From positions 1,376,001-1,440,000 of the forward strand of contig CAWETU010000001.1 in assembly GCA_963812135.1 (NCBI GenBank): a stretch of 64,000 nucleotides of DNA, read 5' to 3'. Source of the DNA: Vulcanimicrobiota bacterium. GTDB lineage: Bacteria > Vulcanimicrobiota > Vulcanimicrobiia > Eremiobacterales > Eremiobacteraceae. Positions 40,877 through 51,145 of the stretch are shown piece after piece. Position 1 is the stretch's first letter. The number at the start of each line of letters is the position of its first letter. Position numbers and translations under genes: made by a program. The notes under the pieces are model-generated. The model was not told where the DNA came from, did no database searches, and worked only from the letters and a program-made list of their open reading frames with translations.

Positions 40877-42673
40877 TTGGTGGGCAGCTCCGTCCAGACG
40901 CTCGCGCCCGATCTGTGGTCGACGCTGCGCGGCGTCTTGGACCTCGATCCACACGCCTTTGTGGCTGGACTCGCACTGCGCGATGCGCCCCTGGTGGCGT
41001 TCGTCGTCGTGTTTCTCGCTGGACTCTCGGAGGCGATCGGTCAGTCGGTCGTCTTGTTCGCCAATCGCATCAAGCCGGCGCGTTTCGTCTACTGTCTGGC
41101 GATCAGCGCGCTGCTGTTCGTCTTCGGCTATCTTTTCCTCACGCTGAGCACGTGGGGAATCACCTTCTTACCGCTTGCGAAGCACATCCCGCTGCGCATG
41201 CTGGCGATCGTGATCGCGCTCAGCTATGCGCCCTTGCTGTTTTCGTTCTTGGAAGCGGCGCCGTATATCGGCACACCACTGGGCTGGATATTTCGTATCT
41301 GGTATTTTCTTGCGACCCTGGTCGGGGTGTCGGCGGCGGGGCATCTCTCATTGCCCGAAAGCGTGCTTTACGTGGGACTCGGCTGGCTCGGCGTCGCGAT
41401 CGCACGCCAAACCGTTGGCCGTCCGGTCGCGGTGCTCGGCGCGCACATCATGAGCGTTGTCGCAGGGGTAAATTTTCTGGACGACGAGTCGAAAGTGCTC
41501 GAGCAGCTGCAGAACGGGGAATCAGCTGGCGCGAGCAACCCCGTCGACGCTAGTGCAACGGCAAGCGTGCAGAGCGTGCAGACCAATCCGGGGCCACAGA
41601 CGACGATATCCACTCAACGCTGGCAGAAGGTGGGCGCGTGGCTGCTGACGATCGTGGTCGCAGTGATCATCGCAGTTTCGATCAGGCCGTTGCAGCACAC
41701 GTTGTTCGGCTGGACCATCCATCTACCGATGGCGCTGAGGTTGCCGTTCGATCTGCTATGGTTCGGCTTCATCGCGTTGCTCGTCGCCGCGCTGATCGCG
41801 CCGCTCGAGACGCTGGGGTGGTGGGCGGGGTGGTATGGCCGTCAGATCGTCACCGGGCTGAACGGGGCACGCGTTGCGCCCCGCGCCGACGGCATCTCGC
41901 GTTACATGATCTATCTCGATGGCATCGGCCAATCGAGTTCGACGTACACGCCGGACGTCGAGACGTTCTTAGACGCCTTGGCACCCGCACTGCCGCAGCG
42001 CATTCGGCTCATCCGCGGGCTAATGGTCTATTCAGTGCTCAACAAGCCGCTCGAAGACGACCCGCTACTGTCGAGTTTTTGGGCGGTTATCGACAAGCTC
42101 CGCTTCGCGCGGCCCTCGAGTGTGCTCGGGATGTTCGTGAACTTGCGTAACATGCTGATCGTCGCGGTGTCGGCGGATCCTCGCTACGGGCCGATCTACA
42201 ACTATGGTATCGCGCAGCAGCTCTACGATGGGTTGATCGCGGCCGGCTATCAAGTCGGAAGCGGCGTGCCAATCACGTTGGTCGGCTACAGCGGCGGTGG
42301 GCAGATGTCGGCGGCGGCAGCGAGCTTTCTCAAGCGGGCGATCAGAGCGCCGATCGAGGTGATCTCGCTCGGCGGGGTGATGAGCGGCACGAACAACTTT
42401 CTCGATCTCGCGCGGCTCAACCATCTCGTCGGGGACAAGGACGGCGTCGAACGGTTGGGGCCGCTGTTCTTCCCGTCGCGTTGGAAGATCGTGTGGAATT
42501 CATATTGGAATCGCGCGCGAAAACTAGGCATCATCATCCAGACGTCGCTTGGACCGGTCGGCCATCAAGTCCCGGGCGGCATGTTCGATCCCGATGCGCG
42601 CTTGCCGAATGGCCAGACGAATCTCCAGCACACGATCGAGGAGATCTCGGACATCGTGCGCGCCAAGCCGTGA
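40877..42673 (+). CDS. Multi-TM membrane protein fused to an alpha/beta-hydrolase-like domain
   Basis: Several TM helices; YLDGI, GYSGGG, D and GH motifs. Confidence 0.65.
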   Translation: MVGSSVQTLAPDLWSTLRGVLDLDPHAFVAGLALRDAPLVAFVVVFLAGLSEAIGQSVVLFANRIKPARFVYCLAISALLFVFGYLFLTLSTWGITFLPLAKHIPLRMLAIVIALSYAPLLFSFLEAAPYIGTPLGWIFRIWYFLATLVGVSAAGHLSLPESVLYVGLGWLGVAIARQTVGRPVAVLGAHIMSVVAGVNFLDDESKVLEQLQNGESAGASNPVDASATASVQSVQTNPGPQTTISTQRWQKVGAWLLTIVVAVIIAVSIRPLQHTLFGWTIHLPMALRLPFDLLWFGFIALLVAALIAPLETLGWWAGWYGRQIVTGLNGARVAPRADGISRYMIYLDGIGQSSSTYTPDVETFLDALAPALPQRIRLIRGLMVYSVLNKPLEDDPLLSSFWAVIDKLRFARPSSVLGMFVNLRNMLIVAVSADPRYGPIYNYGIAQQLYDGLIAAGYQVGSGVPITLVGYSGGGQMSAAAASFLKRAIRAPIEVISLGGVMSGTNNFLDLARLNHLVGDKDGVERLGPLFFPSRWKIVWNSYWNRARKLGIIIQTSLGPVGHQVPGGMFDPDARLPNGQTNLQHTIEEISDIVRAKP

Positions 42674-42677
42674 CCGC

Positions 42678-43151
42678 TCAGCGGTCGAGTTTGAGTTCCA
42701 TTTCGTCGGTGGATCTAAAGCCGAGCGTTTCGTAGACGTGACGCCCGCCGGTCGATGCGCGTAGGCGGATGACGACGCAGCGGTGGTCGCGCGCCCATTG
42801 CACGGCGGACTCGGTGATGCGTTTGGCGAGGCCTTGACGGCGATATTCCGGGCGCACATAGATGCTGGTCACGTATGCGGACGCCGCGCCGTAGATGACG
42901 CTGCGATGATTGCGCAGCTTGTAGACGCCGCCCATGCCGACGAGCTGCCCTTCGTGTTCGGCGACGAAAAACGCAATGTCATCGGTGGCCGCAAGCTCGT
43001 TGACGAAGCGCGCGAAGCGCGTGCGCCATGTCGGGTTCGCGTCGAGATTCTGACCGTCGAGTTCGAGCGTCATGGCGCGGCGCATGTCGAGCAGCGCCGG
43101 CAGCTCATCCTCGCGAGAAACCCGTATGTCGATGGTGCTAGGAGATTGCAT
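42678..43151 (-). CDS. GNAT family N-acetyltransferase
   Basis: YVRPEYRRQGLA, YETLGF. Confidence 0.85.
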   Translation of the reverse strand: MQSPSTIDIRVSREDELPALLDMRRAMTLELDGQNLDANPTWRTRFARFVNELAATDDIAFFVAEHEGQLVGMGGVYKLRNHRSVIYGAASAYVTSIYVRPEYRRQGLAKRITESAVQWARDHRCVVIRLRASTGGRHVYETLGFRSTDEMELKLDR

Positions 43152-43190
43152 CGGCGTTAGGGTTCTTTGAGCGCAGCTAACGCCCATGCC

Positions 43191-43219
43191 AAAAAAAGGC
43201 GACGGTATCGACCGTCGCC
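43191..43219 (-). terminator. Intrinsic terminator
   Basis: GGCGACGGT-ATCG-ACCGTCGCC hairpin with a T7 tail on the minus strand, just downstream of gene 43246-43596. Confidence 0.8.
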
Positions 43220-43245
43220 CTCTGAGGAACTGGCGCGCGCGGGCG

Positions 43246-43596
43246 TCAGTAGATCGCCGTGGCGTAGAACGTTCCTGCGTCCCAATAGCCGTAGGCGACG
43301 ACGTTTCGTCCCACCGCTACCTTGCCGGATTGCTTGTTATCGAGCGCCAGCTGGTCGTTGATGACCAACGTGCGCGCTGACTGCTGCACCGTCACGAGGT
43401 GGCCTTTGACGATGGTGATCGTGCCGCTCACCTGGTCGTGTCGGATGCGGGCGCTCTCAGGCGGGCAGTTGCCGTTGGGGACCCACTCGTCGTTCACCCA
43501 GGTGCCGCACGACGTGTCGACGTACGGGGGGTCTGCCGCAAGTGCCGGTGTCACTGAGAGAAGCGCGACCACGAGAACAGCGTAAATGTATTTCAA
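43246..43596 (-). CDS. Small secreted protein with an OB-fold-like beta region
   Basis: Signal peptide, Cys pair, GGAGG RBS 7 nt before TTG. Confidence 0.7.
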   Translation of the reverse strand: MKYIYAVLVVALLSVTPALAADPPYVDTSCGTWVNDEWVPNGNCPPESARIRHDQVSGTITIVKGHLVTVQQSARTLVINDQLALDNKQSGKVAVGRNVVAYGYWDAGTFYATAIY

Positions 43597-43700
43597 AATT
43601 CATCCTCCTTGCCCTAAGAGGATTGTACCCAAAAAACGGCGCGGCCATACGCGCTCGATTGTCTCTCGAGCGAGTGCTGGCCGCTGCTTTTAATGCTCGG

Positions 43701-46700
43701 TTACGAGCACCCCATGCTGCGTCCGCAGCTATCGCAGACGTAGCACGCGCCGTTGCGCCGTGTGATGGAGCCGCATACGTCGCACAGCGGCGCGTCGCCC
43801 ATCATCGCTGCCATCTGCGCTTCTCGAGAACGAACTGCCGCCAGCTGCGCCGCCAATGTTGGGTCCATGATCGCGGATGTGTGCGATGCCTGGGGGCCGC
43901 CGGTGCCGTTCGCGGACTTAGTGCGGGGGGGCTGTACGGGTTTACCCCCATCAGCTGTTGACGAGGTCTCATCATGCGCTTGTTGGGCCGCCACACGCGC
44001 GTCGAACTCGGCTTGTGCGGCGTCATCGTGGTTGACGGCATCGACGTCGCGGTCTTCGGGTTTGACCTGAACGAAGTCGGTGCGTTTGAGATACTCCATG
44101 CCGAGCACGCGGAAGATGTAGTCGATGACGCTGGTGGCATGTTTGATGTTCGGGTGATCGACGAAGCCATTCGGCTCGAAACGCGTGAAGACGAACTTGT
44201 CGACGAACTCTTCGAGCGGCACACCGTATTGCAGACCGATGGAAACTGCTATGGCAAAGCAATTCATGAGGCTGCGGAACGATGCACCTTCCTTGTGGAG
44301 GTCGACGAAGATCTCGCCGAGCGTGCCGTCGGCGTACTCGCCTGTCCGGAGGAACACCGTGTGCCCGGAGATCTTGGCTTTTTGCGTCCAGCCGCGACGC
44401 TTCGCGGGCAACCGATTGCGTTCGATCGCTTTGGCGAACTGCCGCTTGAAGTCGGTCGAGGTCGTGTTCGCAAGAATGCGCTGCGCTGCGGCGAGGATCT
44501 CGTCAGGCCGTAGTTCTTCAGCACGCTGTTTGCGAGCCGCCTCGAGTTGCTTCGCGAACTCTTCGGAAAGCGCGAGCTGCTTGTCGTCTTCTTGTGAGGT
44601 CTTGTCCGAGCTCTTGTTCGAAAGCGGCTGCGAGAGCTTTGAGCCGTCTCGATAGAGCGCCATCGCCTTGATGCCGAGCTCCCACGAGCGCATGTACGCT
44701 TCTTTGATCTCGTCGACCGTGGCCTCGTTCGGCATGTTGATCGTCTTGGAGATCGCGCCGCTGATGAACGGTTGGGCGGCCGCCATCATGCGGACGTGGC
44801 CCATGTGGTGGATGAAGCGCTTGCCAAGCTTGCCGCACTTGTTGGCGCAGTCAAACGCCGCATAGTGCTCTTCCTTGAGATGCGGCGCGCCTTCAATGGT
44901 CATCGTGCCGCAGATGTAGTTGTTGGCCGTCTCGATCTCTTCGCGGGAGAACCCGAGCGTGCGGAGCAGGTCGAAGTCGGTTGCAGTGTATTGTTCGGCA
45001 TTGAAGCCAAGCCGCTGCATGGCGGGCTCGCCTAAGGTGAATTGGTTGAATGCGAAACCGATTTCGAACGCAGAAGGGACCGCTTTCTCGACCTTGGCGA
45101 TGTCGTCGTCGGTGAACCCGCGCGCTTTGAGCGTTTCAGCATTGACATACGGCGCACCGTACAGCGAGCCTGTGCCCTTGGCGTAGCGGATGATGTCGTC
45201 GATCTGGTTCTGCGTGTAGTTGAGATTGCGCAGCGCTTCGGGGATCGACTGGTTGATTATCTTGAAGTAGCCGCCGCCGGAGAGCTTCTTGAACTTCACC
45301 AACGCGAAGTCGGGCTCGATGCCCGTGGTGTCGCAGTCCATGATCAGGCCTATCGTACCTGTAGGTGCGATACATGTGGCCTGCGCGTTGCGATAACCGT
45401 GCTGTTCGCCGTATGCGACGGCGCGGTCCCAGCTGTCGCGAGCGGCTGCCAAAAGGTACGGCGGCGCAAGCGAGGGATCGATGCCCATCGGAATGACCGA
45501 GAGCTCTTCATATTCCGATGCGGTCGCGTTGTACGCGGCGCGTCGATGGTTGCGCATGACGCGCTGCATCGATGCGGCATTGTCCTTATAGCGCGGGAAC
45601 GGGCCAAGATCCCGAGCGAGCTCAGCAGATGTTGCATATGATTCGCCGGTGAGCATCGCCGAGATCACGCCGGCCATCGCCAGCGCACGCGGTGAGTCAT
45701 ACGGAATGCCCGAAACCATGAGCAGAGTGCCGAGATTAGCATAGCCCAGTCCGAGCGTGCGGTATTCGTACGACTTGCGGGCGATCTCGGGGCTCGGGAA
45801 CTGCGCCATGAGGACGGAGATCTCGAGCACGATCGTCCACAAGCGGATCGCGTGCAGATAGCTCTCGACATCGAACTGACTCTTTGAAGAATCGTAGAAC
45901 TTCATCAAGTTGATGCTGGCGAGATTGCATGCTGTGTCATCTAAGAACATGTACTCTGAGCAGTTGTGAACATAGAAACCATTCGCGTCGAAAGCATTCT
46001 TGCCGGGGATTGTGCAGTCATAAACGGGCTCTATCCCTAACGGTATGATCTCTTGCACGAGTGCAGTTTGCCGAAACGGACTTAGATCAGCGGTCAGCGC
46101 GAGAGAGTCACGCGTGCTCTTCCCCGCCAGGACGACGTTAGAAACGTGGCTGTGCACTGCCAGTCGCTTCCCTGGAACGAGCTCGCGAAGTGGAAGCCAC
46201 GCTTCTGAATTGTCTTTATTGACTACCAGGAATCGGTGATCTTCAGTTGCCTTGACAGAGGAACCCTCCGCCGTCCGAACCTGGTATACACGCTTGACGC
46301 CGGTGAAGAAGAACCCGCTCGGAGTGCTCGGATGCCCCTTGCCGTCCACGAGCGCAATGAAAGGCTTGCCTACGAGATTTTTGACCGTTATGTATCCTTC
46401 ACTCGTGGCCACCAGTGTATCTGCGGTAACGCACGGGTTGCTCGCGCGAATGCGTCCGCCAGCTGGACACGTATGCCATGAGTTGATGACATCGTCATAT
46501 TGGACGCCCGGATCCGCGCAACTCCATGCAGCACGAGCGATTTGATCCCATAGATCTCGAGCGCGTACGGTGCGAGCAACGGATTTGTCGCGCCGCCACA
46601 AGAGATCCCACGGCTCATCCTTGCGGACCGCTTCGATGAACTTGTCCGGCACGCGTACTGAATTGTTCGAATTCTGACCCGAAACGGTCTGGTACGCGTC

Positions 46701-48647
46701 GCCTTCGTACGAGCTCTGATAGCCGGCCGCGATCAGGGCGGCTACCTTTTTCTCTTCCTCGACCTTCCAATTTATGAACTTCTCGATATCGGGGTGGTCC
46801 ATATCGAGAATGACCATCTTCGCGGCCCGCCGCGTCGTACCGCCGCTTTTGATTGCTCCCGCCGCGCGATCGCCGACGCGCAAGAATGACATCAAGCCGC
46901 TCGAGGTGCCGCCACCGGAGAGTTTTTCGCCTTCGGCCCGGAGATTCGAGAAATTCGTGCCCGTGCCCGAGCCGTACTTGAAGAGGCGTGCTTCACGAAC
47001 CCAAAGGTCCATGATGCCGTTGTCGTTGACGAGATCATCGTCAACAGACTGGATGAAGCAATTGTGGACAACGACATTATTGGTTAGGAATGTGTGGCTT
47101 TCAGTCTCGATGTCATATACATCTTCGGCGCCGACGAATTCGATCGATGTGATACGCTCGGTTCGAATGGGAGCAGCGGACCGGCCTGGGCGGAACAGGG
47201 CGTTCGCCAACTTGGCGCGCTTGTCGGTCGAAACGAACCCGATTAACTCGGCGAACTTTTCCTTTGCGCTTTTCCAACCGATCGAGACGTGATAGTAATC
47301 TTCGCGATCTGACCGGCTTTCAACATTGCGCGTGGTCCTGTTGAATATCCCTAGATTGTTAAGAAGCTGAGATACGCCGGAAGCGAGTTTCGGCGAGATC
47401 GTTCCGAGAACGACATCGGCCGCGTAGCTGTCTTTTGCCAACCTCACGCAACCATCGGCTTGAAACAACGAGCGTAAATATGACGTGACGACTCCGCGCC
47501 CACCGGTCAGCACGGGTGCGGGTACCGACATGTCAAGAGAACGACGGAGCAGGTCATACCGGGTGATAAAATCGCGAAGAGGTTCGCCATAAAGGCGAGT
47601 TCGCTTGATCGAAAGATCTGGATTCTCAGAGGGTACTGACCGCTCGTGTGAGTGAACTCCGGGAAGAACGGACCTAACCAGTTCGCTCACATAAGCATGT
47701 TCCTCAGCGTTTACCGTCATTGCCTCGGCTGTGAGGCTACGATTTGAACCGCGACTGTACTGCCCGACAAAGCCATCGCCTTGCAACCAACCTGCAAGCG
47801 CGGCCTCGGCCTCGGTCATTGTATCGCTCAAAGCATTGATGGTGATATCTGTACGCTGAAGGAGTCGCATGCCGGGCTTAAGCGCCCTCACTTCGCACCA
47901 ACTAGAAGCACCTTTGCCATTTGCGGTGAGCACAAGATGATCAGCGGTTGCCTCAATGTAGTTTCCATTGGCAAGGCCGACGCGGAACACGTCCTTGATG
48001 CCGTTGTGCTTCGTGGCGACAATGCGAGTCTTTCCGTGTTGATCGTACACTGAGGTACCGACTAAATTCCGCGAAACGATCTCACCAATTGCGATAGGTC
48101 CATCAGGCGTGTTCACGACGGCGCGATATGGCAGACACGCATGGGGTTGTGGATGCGTGTACGAATCTTTCGCGCGCGTCAGCTCTTGCGTGTCAGGATC
48201 GACGAAATAGTGACCCTGCGATGGGCCGGTGATGCCGTACGCATAGGCGAGTCCGGTGTTGAACCACTGCGGCGAGTTCGGCGCGGCCATCTGATTGATC
48301 AACATATGCGTGATCTCAGCGTCGAACGTGGCGGCGTCTTCCTCGGTGTCGAAATACTTGTAGCGGCGGCCCCAGTCGGTCCAACATCCGGCGAGGCGGC
48401 GCATCACTTGCCGCGCCGACGTCTCGCGGCCCATCGTCCCATCCGGCTGCGGCACGCCGGCTTTGCGGAAATACTTCTGCGCGAGGATGTCGGTCGCGAC
48501 TTGCGACCAGGCTTTAGGGACCTCGATGTCGTGCATCTCGAAGACGACAGTGCCGTCGGGTTCGCGGATGACTGAAGAGCGGCGATCCCATTCAATAGTG
48601 TCGAGCGGATCGATGCCTGGTTGCGTGAAGCGGCGCTGGATTTTCAT
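43701..48647 (-). CDS. nrdJ: Vitamin B12-dependent (class II) ribonucleotide reductase with two inteins
   Basis: [43 protein letters not shown]-terminal TSCPD domain and CxxC Zn finger. Confidence 0.95.
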   Translation of the reverse strand: MKIQRRFTQPGIDPLDTIEWDRRSSVIREPDGTVVFEMHDIEVPKAWSQVATDILAQKYFRKAGVPQPDGTMGRETSARQVMRRLAGCWTDWGRRYKYFDTEEDAATFDAEITHMLINQMAAPNSPQWFNTGLAYAYGITGPSQGHYFVDPDTQELTRAKDSYTHPQPHACLPYRAVVNTPDGPIAIGEIVSRNLVGTSVYDQHGKTRIVATKHNGIKDVFRVGLANGNYIEATADHLVLTANGKGASSWCEVRALKPGMRLLQRTDITINALSDTMTEAEAALAGWLQGDGFVGQYSRGSNRSLTAEAMTVNAEEHAYVSELVRSVLPGVHSHERSVPSENPDLSIKRTRLYGEPLRDFITRYDLLRRSLDMSVPAPVLTGGRGVVTSYLRSLFQADGCVRLAKDSYAADVVLGTISPKLASGVSQLLNNLGIFNRTTRNVESRSDREDYYHVSIGWKSAKEKFAELIGFVSTDKRAKLANALFRPGRSAAPIRTERITSIEFVGAEDVYDIETESHTFLTNNVVVHNCFIQSVDDDLVNDNGIMDLWVREARLFKYGSGTGTNFSNLRAEGEKLSGGGTSSGLMSFLRVGDRAAGAIKSGGTTRRAAKMVILDMDHPDIEKFINWKVEEEKKVAALIAAGYQSSYEGDAYQTVSGQNSNNSVRVPDKFIEAVRKDEPWDLLWRRDKSVARTVRARDLWDQIARAAWSCADPGVQYDDVINSWHTCPAGGRIRASNPCVTADTLVATSEGYITVKNLVGKPFIALVDGKGHPSTPSGFFFTGVKRVYQVRTAEGSSVKATEDHRFLVVNKDNSEAWLPLRELVPGKRLAVHSHVSNVVLAGKSTRDSLALTADLSPFRQTALVQEIIPLGIEPVYDCTIPGKNAFDANGFYVHNCSEYMFLDDTACNLASINLMKFYDSSKSQFDVESYLHAIRLWTIVLEISVLMAQFPSPEIARKSYEYRTLGLGYANLGTLLMVSGIPYDSPRALAMAGVISAMLTGESYATSAELARDLGPFPRYKDNAASMQRVMRNHRRAAYNATASEYEELSVIPMGIDPSLAPPYLLAAARDSWDRAVAYGEQHGYRNAQATCIAPTGTIGLIMDCDTTGIEPDFALVKFKKLSGGGYFKIINQSIPEALRNLNYTQNQIDDIIRYAKGTGSLYGAPYVNAETLKARGFTDDDIAKVEKAVPSAFEIGFAFNQFTLGEPAMQRLGFNAEQYTATDFDLLRTLGFSREEIETANNYICGTMTIEGAPHLKEEHYAAFDCANKCGKLGKRFIHHMGHVRMMAAAQPFISGAISKTINMPNEATVDEIKEAYMRSWELGIKAMALYRDGSKLSQPLSNKSSDKTSQEDDKQLALSEEFAKQLEAARKQRAEELRPDEILAAAQRILANTTSTDFKRQFAKAIERNRLPAKRRGWTQKAKISGHTVFLRTGEYADGTLGEIFVDLHKEGASFRSLMNCFAIAVSIGLQYGVPLEEFVDKFVFTRFEPNGFVDHPNIKHATSVIDYIFRVLGMEYLKRTDFVQVKPEDRDVDAVNHDDAAQAEFDARVAAQQAHDETSSTADGGKPVQPPRTKSANGTGGPQASHTSAIMDPTLAAQLAAVRSREAQMAAMMGDAPLCDVCGSITRRNGACYVCDSCGRSMGCS
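45963..46433 (-). mobile_element. Mini-intein (157 aa) at the NP/CxE active site of NrdJ
   Basis: CVTADTLV N-terminus, ATEDH block [18 protein letters not shown]; no endonuclease. Confidence 0.9.
47061..48137 (-). mobile_element. Intein (359 aa) with LAGLIDADG homing endonuclease in NrdJ
   Basis: CLPYRAVV N-terminus, [14 protein letters not shown] and LRSLFQADG motifs, [15 protein letters not shown]; lower GC than flanks. Confidence 0.92.
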
Positions 48648-48747
48648 GTGAGTCGTGTGTCCTTTCTCTCTCTAAGCTACCGCGCGGAGACGCGCACACC
48701 GCTGGTCATCAAGAACAGCGTACAATAGTTCGACGAACGCTTGAGCG

Positions 48748-48795
48748 GCCCTACCTATAGTGGTATTGGGCCTAATGGACCCCATTATATAGCGG
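48748..48795. promoter_or_regulatory. Tandem NrdR boxes
   Basis: GCCCTACCTATAGTGG (48748-48763) and CCCCATTATATAGCGG (48780-48795), 32-bp spacing, matching acaCwAtATaTwGtg. Confidence 0.75.
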
Positions 48796-48812
48796 AAATG
48801 TGGCCGTTTCAA
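48784..48812 (-). promoter_or_regulatory. SigA-type promoter of nrdJ
   Basis: Minus strand TTGAAA-N17-TATAAT; the -10 overlaps an NrdR box. Confidence 0.7.
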
Positions 48813-48821
48813 GCAAAATTT

Positions 48822-48835
48822 CGAACGGCCGTTCG
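48822..48835. promoter_or_regulatory. LexA SOS-like box
   Basis: CGAACGGCCGTTCG just upstream of the nrdJ -35. Confidence 0.5.
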
Positions 48836-48966
48836 TTCAAGCGCAACCCCAAGCAGCACGGGCAAAAGCGCTGATCTCCCCAGATTTCATCCACATAGGG
48901 ATGTGAATCTGAGGACGCCCAAAGGGCGGGACAGCCTCGTAAAATGCGGGATGCCGGAAGCCGGTT

Positions 48967-50001
48967 CTAGCGCGAGTCGACCGTCAGCGTGAATCCGTTA
49001 TACGCCGAGAAACAGCGGTCGTCGCCGCCGTTGAAGTCAGCGTGGTCGGGGACCAGCACGAAACCGAAGTTGGGCCGCGTTCCAGCCGCCCATTGTTGGA
49101 CCGCTTGCGTCACATCGATGCTCATGTAGATCCCGTTGCTAATGGTAAGCGGGCCAAAACGCTCGGTATCGCCTGGTTGATTCGCGCGCAGCGTCAAATA
49201 CGGTGCTCCAAGCAAGGCGAGCGGGCTGTCCGGATTGTTCATCCAGATCGCCGTCGCGAGCTGCAGTTGCGAAGCGCACGAAACGTTGCCACTGAGCGGG
49301 TTGCCCTGCGCTGTCGACTGACTGCGCGAGACATAGAACGTCATCGTCGCATCGACGACTTTGACGCCTTTCGCGAAATCGCCGAACCAAACGCCTGAGC
49401 GGTAGACGACACCGCAGCGTGTGCCTTGCGCGAAATTCCACCCGACCAGCGCCTCGCCGGCGCGCAGCATGGGCGCCACCGGATGCGTCGTGCCGCCGCA
49501 CGCGGGATTGACGTAGTACTTCGTCGTGATGTTCGTCTGATTCAAAACAGTTCGCTTCGCGCCGCTCGGCGGCGTTGGCGTTGGCGGCGCCGTCGCCGAA
49601 GGGCCGACGAATGGGCTCGAAAGCGGCACGGCCAGTGCGGGCGTAGGCGTTGGACTTGAAGTAGGCGATGATGTCGCCACTGGCGTTGGAGTCGGCGTCG
49701 GCGATGCGGTCGGCGTCGGGGTCGGCGCTACGGTTGCCGCCGGCGTCGGCGTTGCACTTGGCGACGGCGTGGGCGTCGAAATAAGGGGCTTCGGCGTAGC
49801 CGTCGGCGCATGGGTGGGCGTGGCTGTCGGGGCAGGGGTTGGAGTAGGCGTCGGTGTTGGTGTTGGCGTCGAGGTCGGAGACGCGAACGCGACGACTGAC
49901 GCTGCCGGCATCGGCGCGCCGCCCGCGAATGCGACGATCGGTACGAGCGTCAGCAGTGACGCCAGCGCGATCCTCTCAAGCCTCATTCGTGCCTGCCTCA
50001 T
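48967..50001 (-). CDS. Secreted protein with long Pro/Thr linker and DNRLRE-like C-terminal domain
   Basis: Signal peptide, (PT)n repeats, IDVTQAVQQWAAG..NFGFVL. Confidence 0.7.
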   Translation of the reverse strand: MRQARMRLERIALASLLTLVPIVAFAGGAPMPAASVVAFASPTSTPTPTPTPTPTPAPTATPTHAPTATPKPLISTPTPSPSATPTPAATVAPTPTPTASPTPTPTPVATSSPTSSPTPTPALAVPLSSPFVGPSATAPPTPTPPSGAKRTVLNQTNITTKYYVNPACGGTTHPVAPMLRAGEALVGWNFAQGTRCGVVYRSGVWFGDFAKGVKVVDATMTFYVSRSQSTAQGNPLSGNVSCASQLQLATAIWMNNPDSPLALLGAPYLTLRANQPGDTERFGPLTISNGIYMSIDVTQAVQQWAAGTRPNFGFVLVPDHADFNGGDDRCFSAYNGFTLTVDSR

Positions 50002-50161
50002 ATGAGCGAAAAACGCCGATTCCTATCGAAACGGCCGCAAATGCCGCTCACCCGTGAAACGTAGCAGCTCTGCGCTCAGTTCCTTCCAGCATGCCGAAGG
50101 CCGCACCCGCACGAGGACGACCGCGGGGCAGTCGCCCGCCGGGAAAGAAACAACCATCACC

Positions 50162-51145
50162 ATGGCGCACGCCAAGCAGTTCGAAGTGGCCCTCGTCCAG
50201 TTCGCCCCGCGCAAGGGCGACGTTGAGGCGAACTTCGCCTCGATCGGAGACGCGTTTGCCGCGCTCGCCGACGGGCGCAAAGGCTTTCCGCAGGTCGTGG
50301 TCTTCCCCGAGGCGTCGCTCTCGGGGTACTTCGTCGAAGGCGGCGTGCGCGATGTGAGCATGACGGCGCAGGAGCTGCTCAAGCGCCTTACGCGGCTCGC
50401 TCGAGCGCACGCGCCAAAGCGCGCGGAGTTCGACGTCGTCGTCGGCTTCTATGAGATCAGCGCCGACGACAAGCTCTACAACAGCGCCCTCTACGCCACC
50501 CTTGGCGCCACGCCGCGGCTGCGCCACGTGCATCGCAAGCTCTTTCTGCCGACCTACGGCGTCTTCGACGAGGAGCGCTTCGTCACGCGCGGGCGCAGCA
50601 TCGGCGTCTTCGACACGCCGCACGGCCGCGCATCGATTTTGATCTGCGAAGACGCATGCCACTCGCTCGCGACCACGGTCGCTGCATTGCGCGGCGCGCA
50701 GATCATTTACGTCCCCAGCGCGTCGCCCGGTCGCGGCATGGAAGATTTCGAGCCGGCGAACGTCCGGCTGTGGCGCGAGATCATCCGCGTCGCCGCCGCC
50801 GAGCACGGTGTTTTCATCGCGTACGCTGGACTTGTGGGGTTTGAGGGCGGCAAGGGATTCACGGGGTCGTCGCGCCTCGTCGGGCCGTTCGGCGACCTGC
50901 GCGTCGAAGCGCCGTTCATGGGCGACGCGTTGTTGCGCGCCCCGGTGAATTTGGAAGACGTCGCCGTTGCGCGGGCCGCATTGCCCGCGCTTGGCGATCT
51001 TGAAGCGAACCTTCCCGAACTGGTGCCCGCGCTGCTCGCGATCGAAGCAGAAGACGGTCGCGCCAGCGGCGCAGGCAAGAAGAACGGTCGGATACATTCG
51101 ACCGCTACGGGCCGCGCCGCCGCGAAGGCAAAGCGACGGCGATGA
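50162..51145 (+). CDS. Nitrilase-family glutaminase subunit of NAD synthetase
   Basis: FPE / HRK.FLPTYGVFDE / ICED catalytic triad; ATGA-coupled to nadE. Confidence 0.85.
   Translation: MAHAKQFEVALVQFAPRKGDVEANFASIGDAFAALADGRKGFPQVVVFPEASLSGYFVEGGVRDVSMTAQELLKRLTRLARAHAPKRAEFDVVVGFYEISADDKLYNSALYATLGATPRLRHVHRKLFLPTYGVFDEERFVTRGRSIGVFDTPHGRASILICEDACHSLATTVAALRGAQIIYVPSASPGRGMEDFEPANVRLWREIIRVAAAEHGVFIAYAGLVGFEGGKGFTGSSRLVGPFGDLRVEAPFMGDALLRAPVNLEDVAVARAALPALGDLEANLPELVPALLAIEAEDGRASGAGKKNGRIHSTATGRAAAKAKRRR
51085..51108 (-). repeat. REP-like GTAG-hairpin unit in the 3' end of the glutaminase gene
   Basis: CGGTCGGATACATTCGACCGCTAC. Confidence 0.8.

Noticed and set aside
48650..48960. Cobalamin riboswitch upstream of nrdJ
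   Set aside because: No B12-box or conserved core recognisable; the region is explained by the promoter and operator sites.
49560..49880. Dense short repeats
   Set aside because: They encode a Pro/Thr linker of a secreted protein; there is no repeat-spacer structure, so not CRISPR.
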